Shown piece by piece: positions 26,313-36,407 of a DNA stretch of 64,000 nucleotides. Positions within the stretch are counted from its first letter, which is position 1, and each line of letters starts with the position of its first letter. Origin of the DNA: Patescibacteria group bacterium (lineage in GTDB: Bacteria; Patescibacteriota; Patescibacteriia; Patescibacteriales; UBA12465); contig JBAZTY010000003.1 of the NCBI GenBank assembly GCA_041661685.1, positions 69,550 to 133,549 of the forward strand, in the 5' to 3' direction. Both the position numbers and the translations under genes were made by a program. Under the pieces are notes generated by a model, which did no database searches, was not told where the DNA came from, and saw nothing but the letters and a program-made list of their open reading frames with translations.

Positions 26313-29300
26313 CTAATAATTTCGCCAATACATACCCCAATTATCCCTAATCTCCAATTTGATTGTTTTTAAGCCCTTGGAGGAGTAATAATGATAAAAG
26401 ACATGGGGGCTAGCCTGGGTCGGATGATGATCTTCGCCGGTTATCGTCTGAAGACTGCCATCACCCCAGTCGATAATAATTTCCTTGAGCGGCTGCTGTT
26501 CCTTGTCGACAACGCTATTGAACTCTAAACGGTAGACGCCTTTATTAAGAATGTCGAAGGCTATGCCAGAAGCAGGAATCACGGTATTCGTGGCGCCGAA
26601 ATAAAGCTTGATATTACTGACGACCGGCTTAATCCAACAGAAAGAGCTCAGCCCTTCTCCGATGCGCTTATCATTAGTGCATCGCGGTAGATTAGCTGCC
26701 GGAGCCGTGAAATCAGAATAAGAATTAGAATCTAACACATAAGCATTATCCTTGAAGTTATAGCTCTTAAAAGACTTCATGAATATGGTTTTAAGAATAT
26801 TCTTGTAATCGGGAGCCGACATTGTATCTGTTACCGGTGATAACGGCTGAGCCCAAAGCGGAACACACGACCCCAGGCTGCCGCAAGACAGATTGCCTAC
26901 GGCCGAATCTCCTCCGGATATAAGCTTGGCGGCCGTTAAGCAATAGACGTTTTTATCGCTGCTGCAATAACCAATTGATTTACAGCCGTTTGAAGTGCTG
27001 CCGTTGGCGCAGCCATAAGGCCGTCCGGCGAGAATATTATTCTCTCCGCTAGTCTTCAAATCTCTGTCCAATAGGCTAACAGGAGTACTCTGAGTACTTA
27101 AATCATCCGGCAAGCTAGCCGCGCCGAAAGGTACCGTGGCACGATTACGGCCATAGCTATCTATCGCTTTCGGCAGAGCGCCGTAATATTTATCTAAATT
27201 ATCGACAAAGAATCTCGGGGTAATATCAGGATAGGCCGGATCGCCTTCAATTCGGGCGGCCCACGCCTTATTTTTTCCGCTTTCATCGACGACTTGAATA
27301 AATTTATTGCAGGTCAAGCGGAAAAGCGCATCCGAGTCATCGCCAGAAATCAGCTTAAGATCAGTTTCCGTCAGCGGCGGGTGAGCATAGTCGTAGACTC
27401 GGATCGAAGGGTCGGCAAGATCCTGATTTTCGGCCTCCGTTGAATTACCGCCATATTTATACCAGCCATCAGTTAGAACCCAGAGCCTGGCATGAAATCC
27501 ATCATAATTAATCCCGCTGACATTAGAGCCCCTAACCCAATGATCGGAATTAGCTAAAAGCCTAGTATATCCCGTAGACGCTGGCGACCAAAAATATACT
27601 GGACCTTGATAAAAATTCGCGGGATCTAATGATCCTAATACTGTCGGCAATGACGGGTCAGGAAAAGTGCTGTCACCATCGGCCGTTCTCACGACTTCAA
27701 TTATAAATCTTTTGCTAGTGTCATTCTTCGGAACGCACCACTCATCGCTATTACAATGATGGACGCTGCCGCGCGTATAGGAATACTCATAATAGAATCG
27801 ATTGTACCCTGGAGCACAAGGACTGGAATCGCTCTTAAAGCCATCATCCTCGTAAGCGTTATCACAATAACCATGATTAGAATCGTCATGCCTCAGCCAA
27901 TAAGCCGTTCGATTATCCACGATATCAAAGTTACCATTCAGCTCCGTGCAATAATCAAGGGGGTATACACCCTTATAGCCATAGGCGGAGGGCTGAGAAA
28001 TTCGGGTAGTCGAGATCTTATCGACCGGATACCACAATAAGCAGACGTTGGGGTTATAAGAATCGTGCTCTAAGCAATATCCTTCCAAACCGTTCTTAAT
28101 GACATTACTATTCTTAGTCTCGCAAGTCAGGCTATCCTCGGTCGGATAAAGGCGGCATTCGCGTGCCGCATACTGATTATTTCCGATTTCTAAGACCGGT
28201 TCGATGCTGAGATTGTCAAAATAGACAGAGTTCGCATCGTTAAGATCGACCGTATCCGAGGTTAGATAAATCTTAACTTTATTGCTCCCTTGGCCGATAT
28301 CAAACTTAACAATCTTGGTTTCCCAGCCGTTCGGAGCGGCCGCATAGAATATGAGCGGCGCTCCGGTCAGCGCGTCTTTCTTAACCACGCCGTCGGTATC
28401 AGTAATAATCACTTTCGTGCGCAAGCTAGTCCCTCTGGTATTAACCATGTAATTCAGATAATAGGTATTGGTTTCTCCTAGGGCGGGAGACGTCAGCTGA
28501 ATGCCCGCGTCTGACCCATCGCCTAAAGTCGAGACTTGATAAGGCGCCACGACTTTCAGGTAGCTCTTGCCCTGAGCCGGGTAATCGGTCGGGGCGTTCT
28601 CGGGCTCATTAATAATAGAATAGGCTTTAGAAAGATCGGTTGGACAATCTTTCGGCCCGGAAAAATCAATATTCCCATGGCAGCTTAGCGACAGGCTGGT
28701 TTCGAAATCGGCATAAAAATCAGAATTGAAACCGACCTGTTTAATCTGACTAAAATGATATTTATTAAGCAAGGAATAACCGGTCGCATTCCTGTCGTTA
28801 TTAGCATCGAAACTGCGCGTGGTCGCGGGCATGGTGATAAAATTGGCGCATTCATTCTTATCGTCTAAACGGTTGCATTCGGCCACCGCGTAGCAAGTCT
28901 TAGTTTTTGTGGCCGGATCTTCAATATAAGTGACGCAATCCAGCCATTTCGAGCAGACCCTGTCCGGACGGACCTTTAAGAGCTGATTAGCCGTACAAGA
29001 ACCGGCGATGCTAGGCGAACAAGCGGTCGGAGTCGCGCCGGAAACTGTCTTATAGGCGTCCCAGCCTTTTTCTAAACTAACTAAGCCGGAAGATCCGGAA
29101 ACACTGCGCTCGTTAAATAAGACACAGCCGTCGTCGAAGTTCACCAAACCGTTACAGCTCGTCTTGTCGGTATTAGCTTTCAGCTGATAATCGACGACCA
29201 GCTCTCTTAACTCTATTGTCTTGCCGATTGCGCCGCCGCTTACCAAAACCGAAGAATTATTGATGGAATTAAATATAATCGGCTGATTAAGATTACTGGA

Positions 29301-32300
29301 GATGGTGAAGCTATTGGTAGTCGCCCCAAAATTGTTATTAGATAATAGCGGTTTGGCGACAGTGACGAACGATAAGCTGACGTCTCCTGAAACGCCGCTG
29401 CCATATTTAACCGTAAAGCTATACAGTTTATTCGGCTCTAATCTGACAATCTGCTGCGTAGCGGTCGGCCGCTGACCGGCAAAAGTTTCACCCGCAAACC
29501 CCCAACCCTCCTTAACCCCCTCTATCGTCTGATAGCTGGAATTAAAGACGAGATTGACCGAGAACTGGCTGACCGGATCAATATATTCCGTACAGCCCGA
29601 CTCATTAGCATTGCAAAGACCGGCCGCCGTATCCGGAATCCAGACCTGATTACCGGCTCCGCCTAAGCCGATAGTCTTATCATAAGATGTAGAACAAGGG
29701 TAATCATTATTATCAATAATACATTTACCCGCGGCACAATCGGTATCACTCGTGCAGATAGCGATGCCTTTTTCCGTTCCGGAAATGGTGTTATCGCTAT
29801 TAGCGTCGCAACGCTTAGCGGCAATCTTATACCAGGCCTTGCCGAATATCTTCGGGTCGGTGCTAGCTCTATAGGTGCAGGTATTAGAACCCGGATTCTT
29901 GAAATAACTCACACTGCTGTCAGCGCTGTTCTGCCATTCTTCGCAGCCGACATTGGGCTTCTGGCATAAAGACTGCGCATAAGTATCCGGATTATTCTGC
30001 CTATAGACGTCTACCCAGGAAGTGACAATCGCTCCGCCCTGTCCCTGTCCTAAGCGGCTGCAGCCCTTGCTGGCCGAAGTGCATAATTTATTTGGATCAT
30101 AAACCGCATAGATAGCGCTATCGCCGGCGACCTTGACGCAATCAACCTCAGTCGGATCGCAGACGTTGTTATTATTAGTATCATTCCAGATGCCGGATTT
30201 ATAAGAAGAATAATTCTTGGTATCCACCATCTGCTCGCAGCCGACGGCTGAGTCCGAGCAAAGCTTCGAAAATTGGCGCAAATTATGCATCAAGCCGCCG
30301 CGATCGGCATATTGAGAACAACCTAGATTATAATCAGCTCCTTGGTACTTATCAAAAATATCATAATAACAGACATCCGGAATCTGACTGGAGCCCTTAA
30401 TCAAATAATAACGGTCGGTGATTTCGGAAAGCACAAAATCGTCAAATAAGAAATTAGCATTAGCGCTGATAATCAGGCGCTCGTTCGGACCGACCGCATG
30501 ATCAAGATCCGCCAGGTTAGCTTGATAAATATTCCATTGATCGCCGCCCTTGACGATTAAGGTGCTAGAAGCGTTGAAATATGATTTCCCGCCAGTATCG
30601 CGATTCAAGAAATATATCTTCAGGCTGGCATCGGTCGTAGCCCGCGCTAAGAATTTTACGGTATAGGCGCTATTCTGATTAACGGAATTGCCGACGGCTA
30701 ACTGAGCGGCGACATTATCGCTCGCCAAAATCCTCTCCATTAAACGAGTCTTAGCAATCGGCGCGCCGGCATCCGTGCCTACGAGCTGACAGCCGCTCGC
30801 GGCGTCCAAATACTGTAAAGAATGCCCATTTTTGGTGTTAGCAATCGTCGAAACGCTCAGGCCGTTAGTGCAATTAGAGGTCCAATAAGCGGCCGCTCCG
30901 CTCTCGAAATCATAAGAAGCCACTAAACGAACGTTATTACCGCTATTGCCGTTATATTCGCGGCAGCTATTCTCGTTAGCTGAGCAGGTCTGGCCTTCCC
31001 CCGGAATCGCCTGATAGACGCAAGCGTTATTATTCGTATCCCAGACGCCGCCATTAGCACAGACATTGCAAGTATTGTCTCCGGCGTTCCAATGCTTATC
31101 AGAGCCGGTGCATTGCGCCGCGGTCAGATTCTTAACGATATTTTTATCACTTAGCCGATAAGCGTGACAGTTATCCGAGCAAGTGATAGTCCGAGAAGCG
31201 AGATGATACGAGACTTGGCCAGAAGCATTATAAAATTCACGACAATCGGCATTATAACCGGCATTACTAATAGGGAGATTATAGATAGCGGCGTTGCACA
31301 AAGCGCTATCATTAGAAGTTACCTCCGGCAAGCCATTCAAGCTTTTAAGAGAATAGGACTTCAGTTGATAACCGCCCTCGGTTCCCTCCCAAGAATAAAA
31401 AGTCGTACAGGTCGCGGCTGCCGGCTTAACGCATTGTTTCAAAGACGTATAATATTCTTTCTGTTCTCCGCCGCTAGCCAGCGCATCCAGATTAGTGAAC
31501 TCATTGCAGCCGGAAGCTTCGGCACTGCAGACAGTCGCTGCTGCCGGAATAAGATTCTCGGCCGCTGCCGGATTAAAATAGCTGGCTTTCGCAATATAAA
31601 CATCATAACCCAAGCATTTATCAGAACAATAATCGCTGCTCACGACCTTGGCCGGAACCGCAAAGTTATCGGCGGCCGACGAATATAATTCGCAGCCGGC
31701 TTCTGACTGGTTGCATTTGCGAGCGAAATTAGAACAAGCGGCCGGAGCATCGCTCTTCAGGCTATAATCCTTAGCCGCGCTGACAGCGTCGACATAGCAT
31801 GATTTTTCTAGATAAGCCGGCAATAATTTTTCATAAACCGTAAATTTCCCGTAAGCATTATAGCCGGTGTCCCAGCTACTGATTTCGAACTTCAGATTCT
31901 TGAGATAAAAAGTCGCTTGTCCGTTAACGCTATAGCCGCTGACGAAGAAATCCGCGTTATTGTAAGCGCTATCCGCCAGACGCGTGATGTTCACGTGCTG
32001 CCAGACGTTCTTAGTGGTGATAGTCTTAGAGAATCCTTCGGAAACCGCGCCTAAGCTAATACTGGCGCTATCGCCGCTAGTCAGATAAAGATCGGCACTG
32101 AGCGTATATGATTGTCCGGAGATAGTCTGGAAATTAGAAGGCAAAAGCGAGGCGGAAGGATTAGAGTAGACGCCGCCGCCAGTCGCGCTCGTCTCTATCT
32201 TCAGAGCCTTGCCACTGGAATCTCCCGGAGTAGCGGCGGAATTAACCACGGTCGCGCGAGCATTATTAAGAGGCCAAGTATTAAGGGCCGGCTGAGTCGC

Positions 32301-34538
32301 AGTTTGTCCGATCTCATCGCTGCCGAAATCAGCATTCATGACTAGATTACCGCCCCAGGTCGGTTTCAGGCGCATGAGTTCAGTACAGCCGCCAGTCGTA
32401 TTATCGCAGACACCGGCGTTCTTATTCAGATAGACGCTTTGACCGCCATTCCAAGAGACGGAATCAGTTGAACTAGCATAGACGCCATTATAGGAATATT
32501 GGCGGCAACCGGAGTTTTCCGAAGTGCAGCTATCATAATCTAAGGTATTTTCCAAATAAGCGACCGAGGTGCCGCTATCAGTATTCGTAAAATCTTGGCA
32601 GGTATTATTTATCGGCTGACAGGAATCAGAGCCGAAGACCCAGGTTCGTCTTTCTTCGTCGCAATAACCGTAAGCATCGCAGCTGCCGTCGCTCTTTTCT
32701 TTGATACAGGTCTGGCTATCGGCGCAGTAAGAATCGGCGCGAGAAAGGCTTAATTCGCTCGGAGTATTATCCGAGCTAGGCATGACCGTCTTGCTCAGTA
32801 TCTGAGCACCAAAACCCTCTTTGCTGCAAGAATTCATCGGCGCTTTCAAGACCCAATTCGGATCAATCAAGCCTTCGCACCAGCCCTGATCATTAACATT
32901 AAAATCTTTGCTAAATTCCGCATATTGGTCATTCGAATCAAAGCAAGACATATAGTCCTTCAAATTCGCCTTTTTCTGATTAGCGTCATTAGCAAAAGCT
33001 CTATTAATGGCTTCTTCCCAACCGACCGGCAGAATCCGATATTTACGCAGTATAGAAATATTACGCAGGCTATAAGCGCCGGCACGATTATCTTTTGTTA
33101 GTTGCCAATCGCCATGCAGATAACCTTCCTTAACCGCTTCCGCTATTGTCTTCTTCTCAGTTATCCCCTGCATGAACTGATCATCGATGACGCACTCGGT
33201 CGGACCGGGGTTTTTAGAATCTGTACAAATAGATAATTCCGATAAAATGTCGTAATCGGCGCGGACTCCAAAATTAGTCTGCAAAAGCTTAGTAGTAATT
33301 TCCTTTAAGGCGGTCGCACTCACATTAGCATTCGGGTCGCTTTCGTAATTTCCAGAGGCTATGCTGGATTTATTAGCCTTAGTAGTCTTCTCTCCTAAAG
33401 TCTGGAGAAGATTATTGAAAGCCGAAAAATATAATTGATTCAAAAAGACATTAGCGGCATCAACTAAGATATCGCCGGTTGTCTTTCCCAAAGCCTGCTG
33501 CCGGGCAGCTCTAGCCGAGTCAGCGGCTGCCTGAGCCTCTCCAGGAACACCTTTCAGAGCGCCAGAAATATCCCGGACGTCGGCCCAGCCTTTATTAGCT
33601 ATGAAGCTATTTCCGGAAGTCAGCTTCTTATCATAAACCTTACTGGATAAATCAGTTTGCGCCAACACGAAAATACCGACGTCGTTAGTGCGCGGATCAA
33701 AAATATTTACAAAAGTATCTAAATAATTCGGGTCCTGAAGCGAATCGAGTTTCTTTTGAATGCTATCACCCCAATCTTTGATCATTCTTGAAGCTGTACA
33801 ATTAGGCGCGGCTGGACGAGTCTGCTCTACTAAACCCAGACCAATCCTAATCTTGGCTTCTAAAGAAGATGGACTACAGACATTAAACGAAGGTGTAACT
33901 TGGTCGGCAGTCGTCTGTGTCTTAGCGGCACAGCTAGTCGCGGCCTTATCGCAAGCAGCGTTACAATTCGTAAGACCGGTACCTACGTTTGTGACTATCG
34001 GATTATCTTCCGTTCCTTCGGTCCAATATTGACGCCCGCTGGCTCGTGAGGCGCAATCGCTTCGACAGGAATCTAATTTTTTAAAACAAGTATCATCGCT
34101 GGTATTATTCAGGTTATTAACGAAACTCTCGATGAACTGACCAGCCGCTTCATCGCCGATCTGTTCTATATAAGCACCAAGACTTTTGGTGATGAACAAA
34201 GGCTTCTGCCCTTTCCCTCCAGAACCGATATAGTTAGCGGTGTCGTAAGCAATCTTATTTAAAGCCGAACTTAAGACTCTCTGGAACGCTAATGATCCGG
34301 CTTTTTGGATCATCTTAGTCGCCCGCTGCCAAAAAGTAAGTTTAACGGCGGCGACAGTATTACCAGATAAAATTTTTACTAAGGCGGCGTTAGAAATAGG
34401 GTCCGCCACCACCATTCCTTGTGCCTGAACATCTTTTAGAGTAAAGACCGCCAAAACAGAAAAAACCAGCAAGAAAAGGACCAATTTCTTACCGGTCTTA
34501 AACTCGGTCTCCTTTTTAAAATTTAGGAAAGACTTCAT
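26313..34538 (-). CDS. Giant secreted Cys-rich surface protein (2741 aa) with a C-terminal PKD-like domain
   Basis: N-terminal signal peptide (LVLFLLVFSVLAVFTLKDVQAQG). More than 100 Cys spread over the length. C-terminal IIDWGDGSLQTITGEDHHP... matches the PKD-domain WxxGDGS signature. Confidence 0.7.
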   Translation of the reverse strand: MKSFLNFKKETEFKTGKKLVLFLLVFSVLAVFTLKDVQAQGMVVADPISNAALVKILSGNTVAAVKLTFWQRATKMIQKAGSLAFQRVLSSALNKIAYDTANYIGSGGKGQKPLFITKSLGAYIEQIGDEAAGQFIESFVNNLNNTSDDTCFKKLDSCRSDCASRASGRQYWTEGTEDNPIVTNVGTGLTNCNAACDKAATSCAAKTQTTADQVTPSFNVCSPSSLEAKIRIGLGLVEQTRPAAPNCTASRMIKDWGDSIQKKLDSLQDPNYLDTFVNIFDPRTNDVGIFVLAQTDLSSKVYDKKLTSGNSFIANKGWADVRDISGALKGVPGEAQAAADSARAARQQALGKTTGDILVDAANVFLNQLYFSAFNNLLQTLGEKTTKANKSSIASGNYESDPNANVSATALKEITTKLLQTNFGVRADYDILSELSICTDSKNPGPTECVIDDQFMQGITEKKTIAEAVKEGYLHGDWQLTKDNRAGAYSLRNISILRKYRILPVGWEEAINRAFANDANQKKANLKDYMSCFDSNDQYAEFSKDFNVNDQGWCEGLIDPNWVLKAPMNSCSKEGFGAQILSKTVMPSSDNTPSELSLSRADSYCADSQTCIKEKSDGSCDAYGYCDEERRTWVFGSDSCQPINNTCQDFTNTDSGTSVAYLENTLDYDSCTSENSGCRQYSYNGVYASSTDSVSWNGGQSVYLNKNAGVCDNTTGGCTELMRLKPTWGGNLVMNADFGSDEIGQTATQPALNTWPLNNARATVVNSAATPGDSSGKALKIETSATGGGVYSNPSASLLPSNFQTISGQSYTLSADLYLTSGDSASISLGAVSEGFSKTITTKNVWQHVNITRLADSAYNNADFFVSGYSVNGQATFYLKNLKFEISSWDTGYNAYGKFTVYEKLLPAYLEKSCYVDAVSAAKDYSLKSDAPAACSNFARKCNQSEAGCELYSSAADNFAVPAKVVSSDYCSDKCLGYDVYIAKASYFNPAAAENLIPAAATVCSAEASGCNEFTNLDALASGGEQKEYYTSLKQCVKPAAATCTTFYSWEGTEGGYQLKSYSLKSLNGLPEVTSNDSALCNAAIYNLPISNAGYNADCREFYNASGQVSYHLASRTITCSDNCHAYRLSDKNIVKNLTAAQCTGSDKHWNAGDNTCNVCANGGVWDTNNNACVYQAIPGEGQTCSANENSCREYNGNSGNNVRLVASYDFESGAAAYWTSNCTNGLSVSTIANTKNGHSLQYLDAASGCQLVGTDAGAPIAKTRLMERILASDNVAAQLAVGNSVNQNSAYTVKFLARATTDASLKIYFLNRDTGGKSYFNASSTLIVKGGDQWNIYQANLADLDHAVGPNERLIISANANFLFDDFVLSEITDRYYLIKGSSQIPDVCYYDIFDKYQGADYNLGCSQYADRGGLMHNLRQFSKLCSDSAVGCEQMVDTKNYSSYKSGIWNDTNNNNVCDPTEVDCVKVAGDSAIYAVYDPNKLCTSASKGCSRLGQGQGGAIVTSWVDVYRQNNPDTYAQSLCQKPNVGCEEWQNSADSSVSYFKNPGSNTCTYRASTDPKIFGKAWYKIAAKRCDANSDNTISGTEKGIAICTSDTDCAAGKCIIDNNDYPCSTSYDKTIGLGGAGNQVWIPDTAAGLCNANESGCTEYIDPVSQFSVNLVFNSSYQTIEGVKEGWGFAGETFAGQRPTATQQIVRLEPNKLYSFTVKYGSGVSGDVSLSFVTVAKPLLSNNNFGATTNSFTISSNLNQPIIFNSINNSSVLVSGGAIGKTIELRELVVDYQLKANTDKTSCNGLVNFDDGCVLFNERSVSGSSGLVSLEKGWDAYKTVSGATPTACSPSIAGSCTANQLLKVRPDRVCSKWLDCVTYIEDPATKTKTCYAVAECNRLDDKNECANFITMPATTRSFDANNDRNATGYSLLNKYHFSQIKQVGFNSDFYADFETSLSLSCHGNIDFSGPKDCPTDLSKAYSIINEPENAPTDYPAQGKSYLKVVAPYQVSTLGDGSDAGIQLTSPALGETNTYYLNYMVNTRGTSLRTKVIITDTDGVVKKDALTGAPLIFYAAAPNGWETKIVKFDIGQGSNKVKIYLTSDTVDLNDANSVYFDNLSIEPVLEIGNNQYAARECRLYPTEDSLTCETKNSNVIKNGLEGYCLEHDSYNPNVCLLWYPVDKISTTRISQPSAYGYKGVYPLDYCTELNGNFDIVDNRTAYWLRHDDSNHGYCDNAYEDDGFKSDSSPCAPGYNRFYYEYSYTRGSVHHCNSDEWCVPKNDTSKRFIIEVVRTADGDSTFPDPSLPTVLGSLDPANFYQGPVYFWSPASTGYTRLLANSDHWVRGSNVSGINYDGFHARLWVLTDGWYKYGGNSTEAENQDLADPSIRVYDYAHPPLTETDLKLISGDDSDALFRLTCNKFIQVVDESGKNKAWAARIEGDPAYPDITPRFFVDNLDKYYGALPKAIDSYGRNRATVPFGAASLPDDLSTQSTPVSLLDRDLKTSGENNILAGRPYGCANGSTSNGCKSIGYCSSDKNVYCLTAAKLISGGDSAVGNLSCGSLGSCVPLWAQPLSPVTDTMSAPDYKNILKTIFMKSFKSYNFKDNAYVLDSNSYSDFTAPAANLPRCTNDKRIGEGLSSFCWIKPVVSNIKLYFGATNTVIPASGIAFDILNKGVYRLEFNSVVDKEQQPLKEIIIDWGDGSLQTITGEDHHPTQASPHVFYHYYSSKGLKTIKLEIRDNWGMYWRNY

Positions 34539-34566
34539 TTTATTAAGATAAATTATTTATTTTTAT

Positions 34567-35241
34567 TTATTGGCTTGAACTTGCGCTAGTACTCTGGGCA
34601 TTAAGCGTTTCCTGATAGCTCTTCATCAAATCCTCATCGCTAATCTGATCGAGATCTTCCTTTGAGGCGCCGCCGGAAATCAGGAATTGACGCAAGGTCG
34701 CAGCGTCGCCCTGGCCGTTCAAGACGTTCTGAAGAATACTCTCATCAACGCCGGTCGTATCAAGACTGGCTGAAGAACTGGCAACGGCCGCAGTATCGGT
34801 CGTGGTAGTGCTGGAAATATCTGAAGCAGTAGAAGTCGCAACTGCGCTCGTATCTATTTGTCCGCTGCAGTCTTTGCCTTGCGGACAAAGCGGGTCGGTC
34901 CCATTGTCAACCTCTTTCTTATCAGAAATACCGTCGCTATCCGTATCTTCTAGATATGGCGAAGTCTTATAGACATAAATTTCGTCATAATCAGACAAGC
35001 CGTCCTTATCGGTATCCATGGTCTTGAGCAGCTTGTTAAAATCTTCTTCGGAAGTATCCGTCGTCGTTGCCGTTTGATAATCAAACGGCCCCTTGATATG
35101 CGCGTTCATCTGCCAGACCCAAAAAATAATAATAAAAACCGCAAAAGCGGCCAAAATAATGACTGCATTCCTTTGCGGCTTAGGTAATCCTCTTGAGTTC
35201 AAATCAGTCTCGTTTCCTCCCCAATTTTTTTGTATCGGCAT
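34567..35241 (-). CDS. Membrane-anchored protein with thrombospondin-type-3-like Ca-binding repeats and a Ser/Thr-rich region
   Basis: ORF 34567..35325; the likely start is the internal MPIQ... Has a TM helix, then DTDKDGLSDYDE and DTDSDGISDKKE (DxDxDGxxDxxE) motifs. Confidence 0.45.
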   Translation of the reverse strand: MPIQKNWGGNETDLNSRGLPKPQRNAVIILAAFAVFIIIFWVWQMNAHIKGPFDYQTATTTDTSEEDFNKLLKTMDTDKDGLSDYDEIYVYKTSPYLEDTDSDGISDKKEVDNGTDPLCPQGKDCSGQIDTSAVATSTASDISSTTTTDTAAVASSSASLDTTGVDESILQNVLNGQGDAATLRQFLISGGASKEDLDQISDEDLMKSYQETLNAQSTSASSSQ

Positions 35242-35282
35242 AATAATCAAACTAAACCAAAAATGGTTTTTGATTATTTTTA

Positions 35283-36137
35283 TTATACCATAAACGGTTT
35301 CAAAGCCGCAAATAATTTTTGCCAATCTTCAAGGAATAAATCTTCGGCCCGAGCGGCATTTTTTATCCCTGCCTTAATCAATGTATCTTCAATGGCTTTC
35401 GGCTCGACTCTGAGGCCGGCGGCCAGATTATTCTTGAGCATTTTCCGCTTAGAACTGAAGCCGATCTTCACTATCCTGAAAAAATCTTTATCGGCTTTCG
35501 TGTCAAAAGGCTGAGGCTTGAGATCTATCCTGATAACAGCGCTATCAACCTTTGGCTCCGGCCAAAAATTTCCGGCTTTAACCTCGCGGATAATCTTCGG
35601 AGCGGCATAATACTGGACGGAAAGCGCTAAGACACTCATCTCCGGCGGCGCGGCGGCGATACGTTCGGCCACTTCTTTCTGAAGCATCAGGATAAGCGCT
35701 TCCGGCTTATGTTCAGAGGTTAAAAAACGGCGCAAAAAGATAGAAGTAATATTATAAGGCAGGTTAGCGACAATCTTGTATTTCAAGGGCAAATCCAGCT
35801 TCTTAAAATAAGCTTCCAGATTAAAATCTAAAATATTCTCGTTAATTATAGCAACGTTTTCAATTCCCTGTGAATCAATGCCAGTCTGGAGATACTCGGC
35901 TAATTTATTATCCAGTTCGACGGCCACTACCTGTTTAACTTTAGCCGCCAGCTTAGCGGTCAAAAAACCTAAGCCTGGACCAACTTCAAGCACAATATCA
36001 TCCGGCTTCAGGTCGGCCGCTTTAATGATGTCGTCATAAATCTTTTCATTAATTAAAAAATTCTGACCCTTGGATCGCGCCGGCTTAATTTCAAAGATGT
36101 GACAGATTTCTCTAGTTTTCGCTAATAGATCGGACAT
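35283..36137 (-). CDS. rsmA: 16S rRNA (adenine1518-N6/adenine1519-N6)-dimethyltransferase
   Basis: 284 aa. SKGQNFLIN...LEVGPGLGFLT SAM-binding motifs of KsgA/RsmA. Confidence 0.85.
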   Translation of the reverse strand: MSDLLAKTREICHIFEIKPARSKGQNFLINEKIYDDIIKAADLKPDDIVLEVGPGLGFLTAKLAAKVKQVVAVELDNKLAEYLQTGIDSQGIENVAIINENILDFNLEAYFKKLDLPLKYKIVANLPYNITSIFLRRFLTSEHKPEALILMLQKEVAERIAAAPPEMSVLALSVQYYAAPKIIREVKAGNFWPEPKVDSAVIRIDLKPQPFDTKADKDFFRIVKIGFSSKRKMLKNNLAAGLRVEPKAIEDTLIKAGIKNAARAEDLFLEDWQKLFAALKPFMV

Positions 36138-36210
36138 AGACTAGAAGTTAAAAAGATTTATTTTTTATTAATATTTTATTAATGCCTAGTTTGCTATCGT
36201 GCTCTTCAGT

Positions 36211-36279
36211 GGGCCCGGTGTTGGCCACAAACTCATTCTTGACAATTGAGTCTTCGGGGTTCGATCCCCCGCGGGTCCA
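36211..36279 (+). tRNA. tRNA-like element (non-canonical; possible tRNA gene or pseudogene). The anticodon arm is unresolved.
   Basis: Perfect T arm CGGGG-TTCGATC-CCCCG. The 7-bp acceptor GGGCCCG/CGGGTCC has one G-U pair. It is only 69 nt, has G at position 8, and a weak 3-bp D stem. The best anticodon-stem pairing (ACTCA/TGAGT) encloses an 11-nt loop. An alternative 4/5-bp stem gives loop CTTGACA, anticodon TGA. Confidence 0.4.
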
Positions 36280-36374
36280 CAGGGAGGAAAAATTTAATTG
36301 AAAATTTGACTCAAAAAAAAATTTTTGCTAAGATACTATTATCGTCAAGAATGAGAAAATAACCAACGCAAGAC

Positions 36375-36407
36375 TTAAAAACATTCCGCCTTCTGGCGGA
36401 TTGTTTT
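36375..36407. terminator. Bidirectional terminator 3' of leuS (copy 1 of a repeated element)
   Basis: CCGCC-ttct-GGCGG hairpin flanked by AAAAAC upstream and TTGTTTTTT downstream. About 50 nt resemble 38895-38948. Confidence 0.55.

Noticed and set aside
31164-33032. Plus-strand ORFs (174, 77 and 90 aa) within the giant gene
   Set aside because: They are fully embedded antisense to a continuous 2741-aa ORF, have no independent signals, and have low-complexity R/I-rich translations typical of antisense frames.
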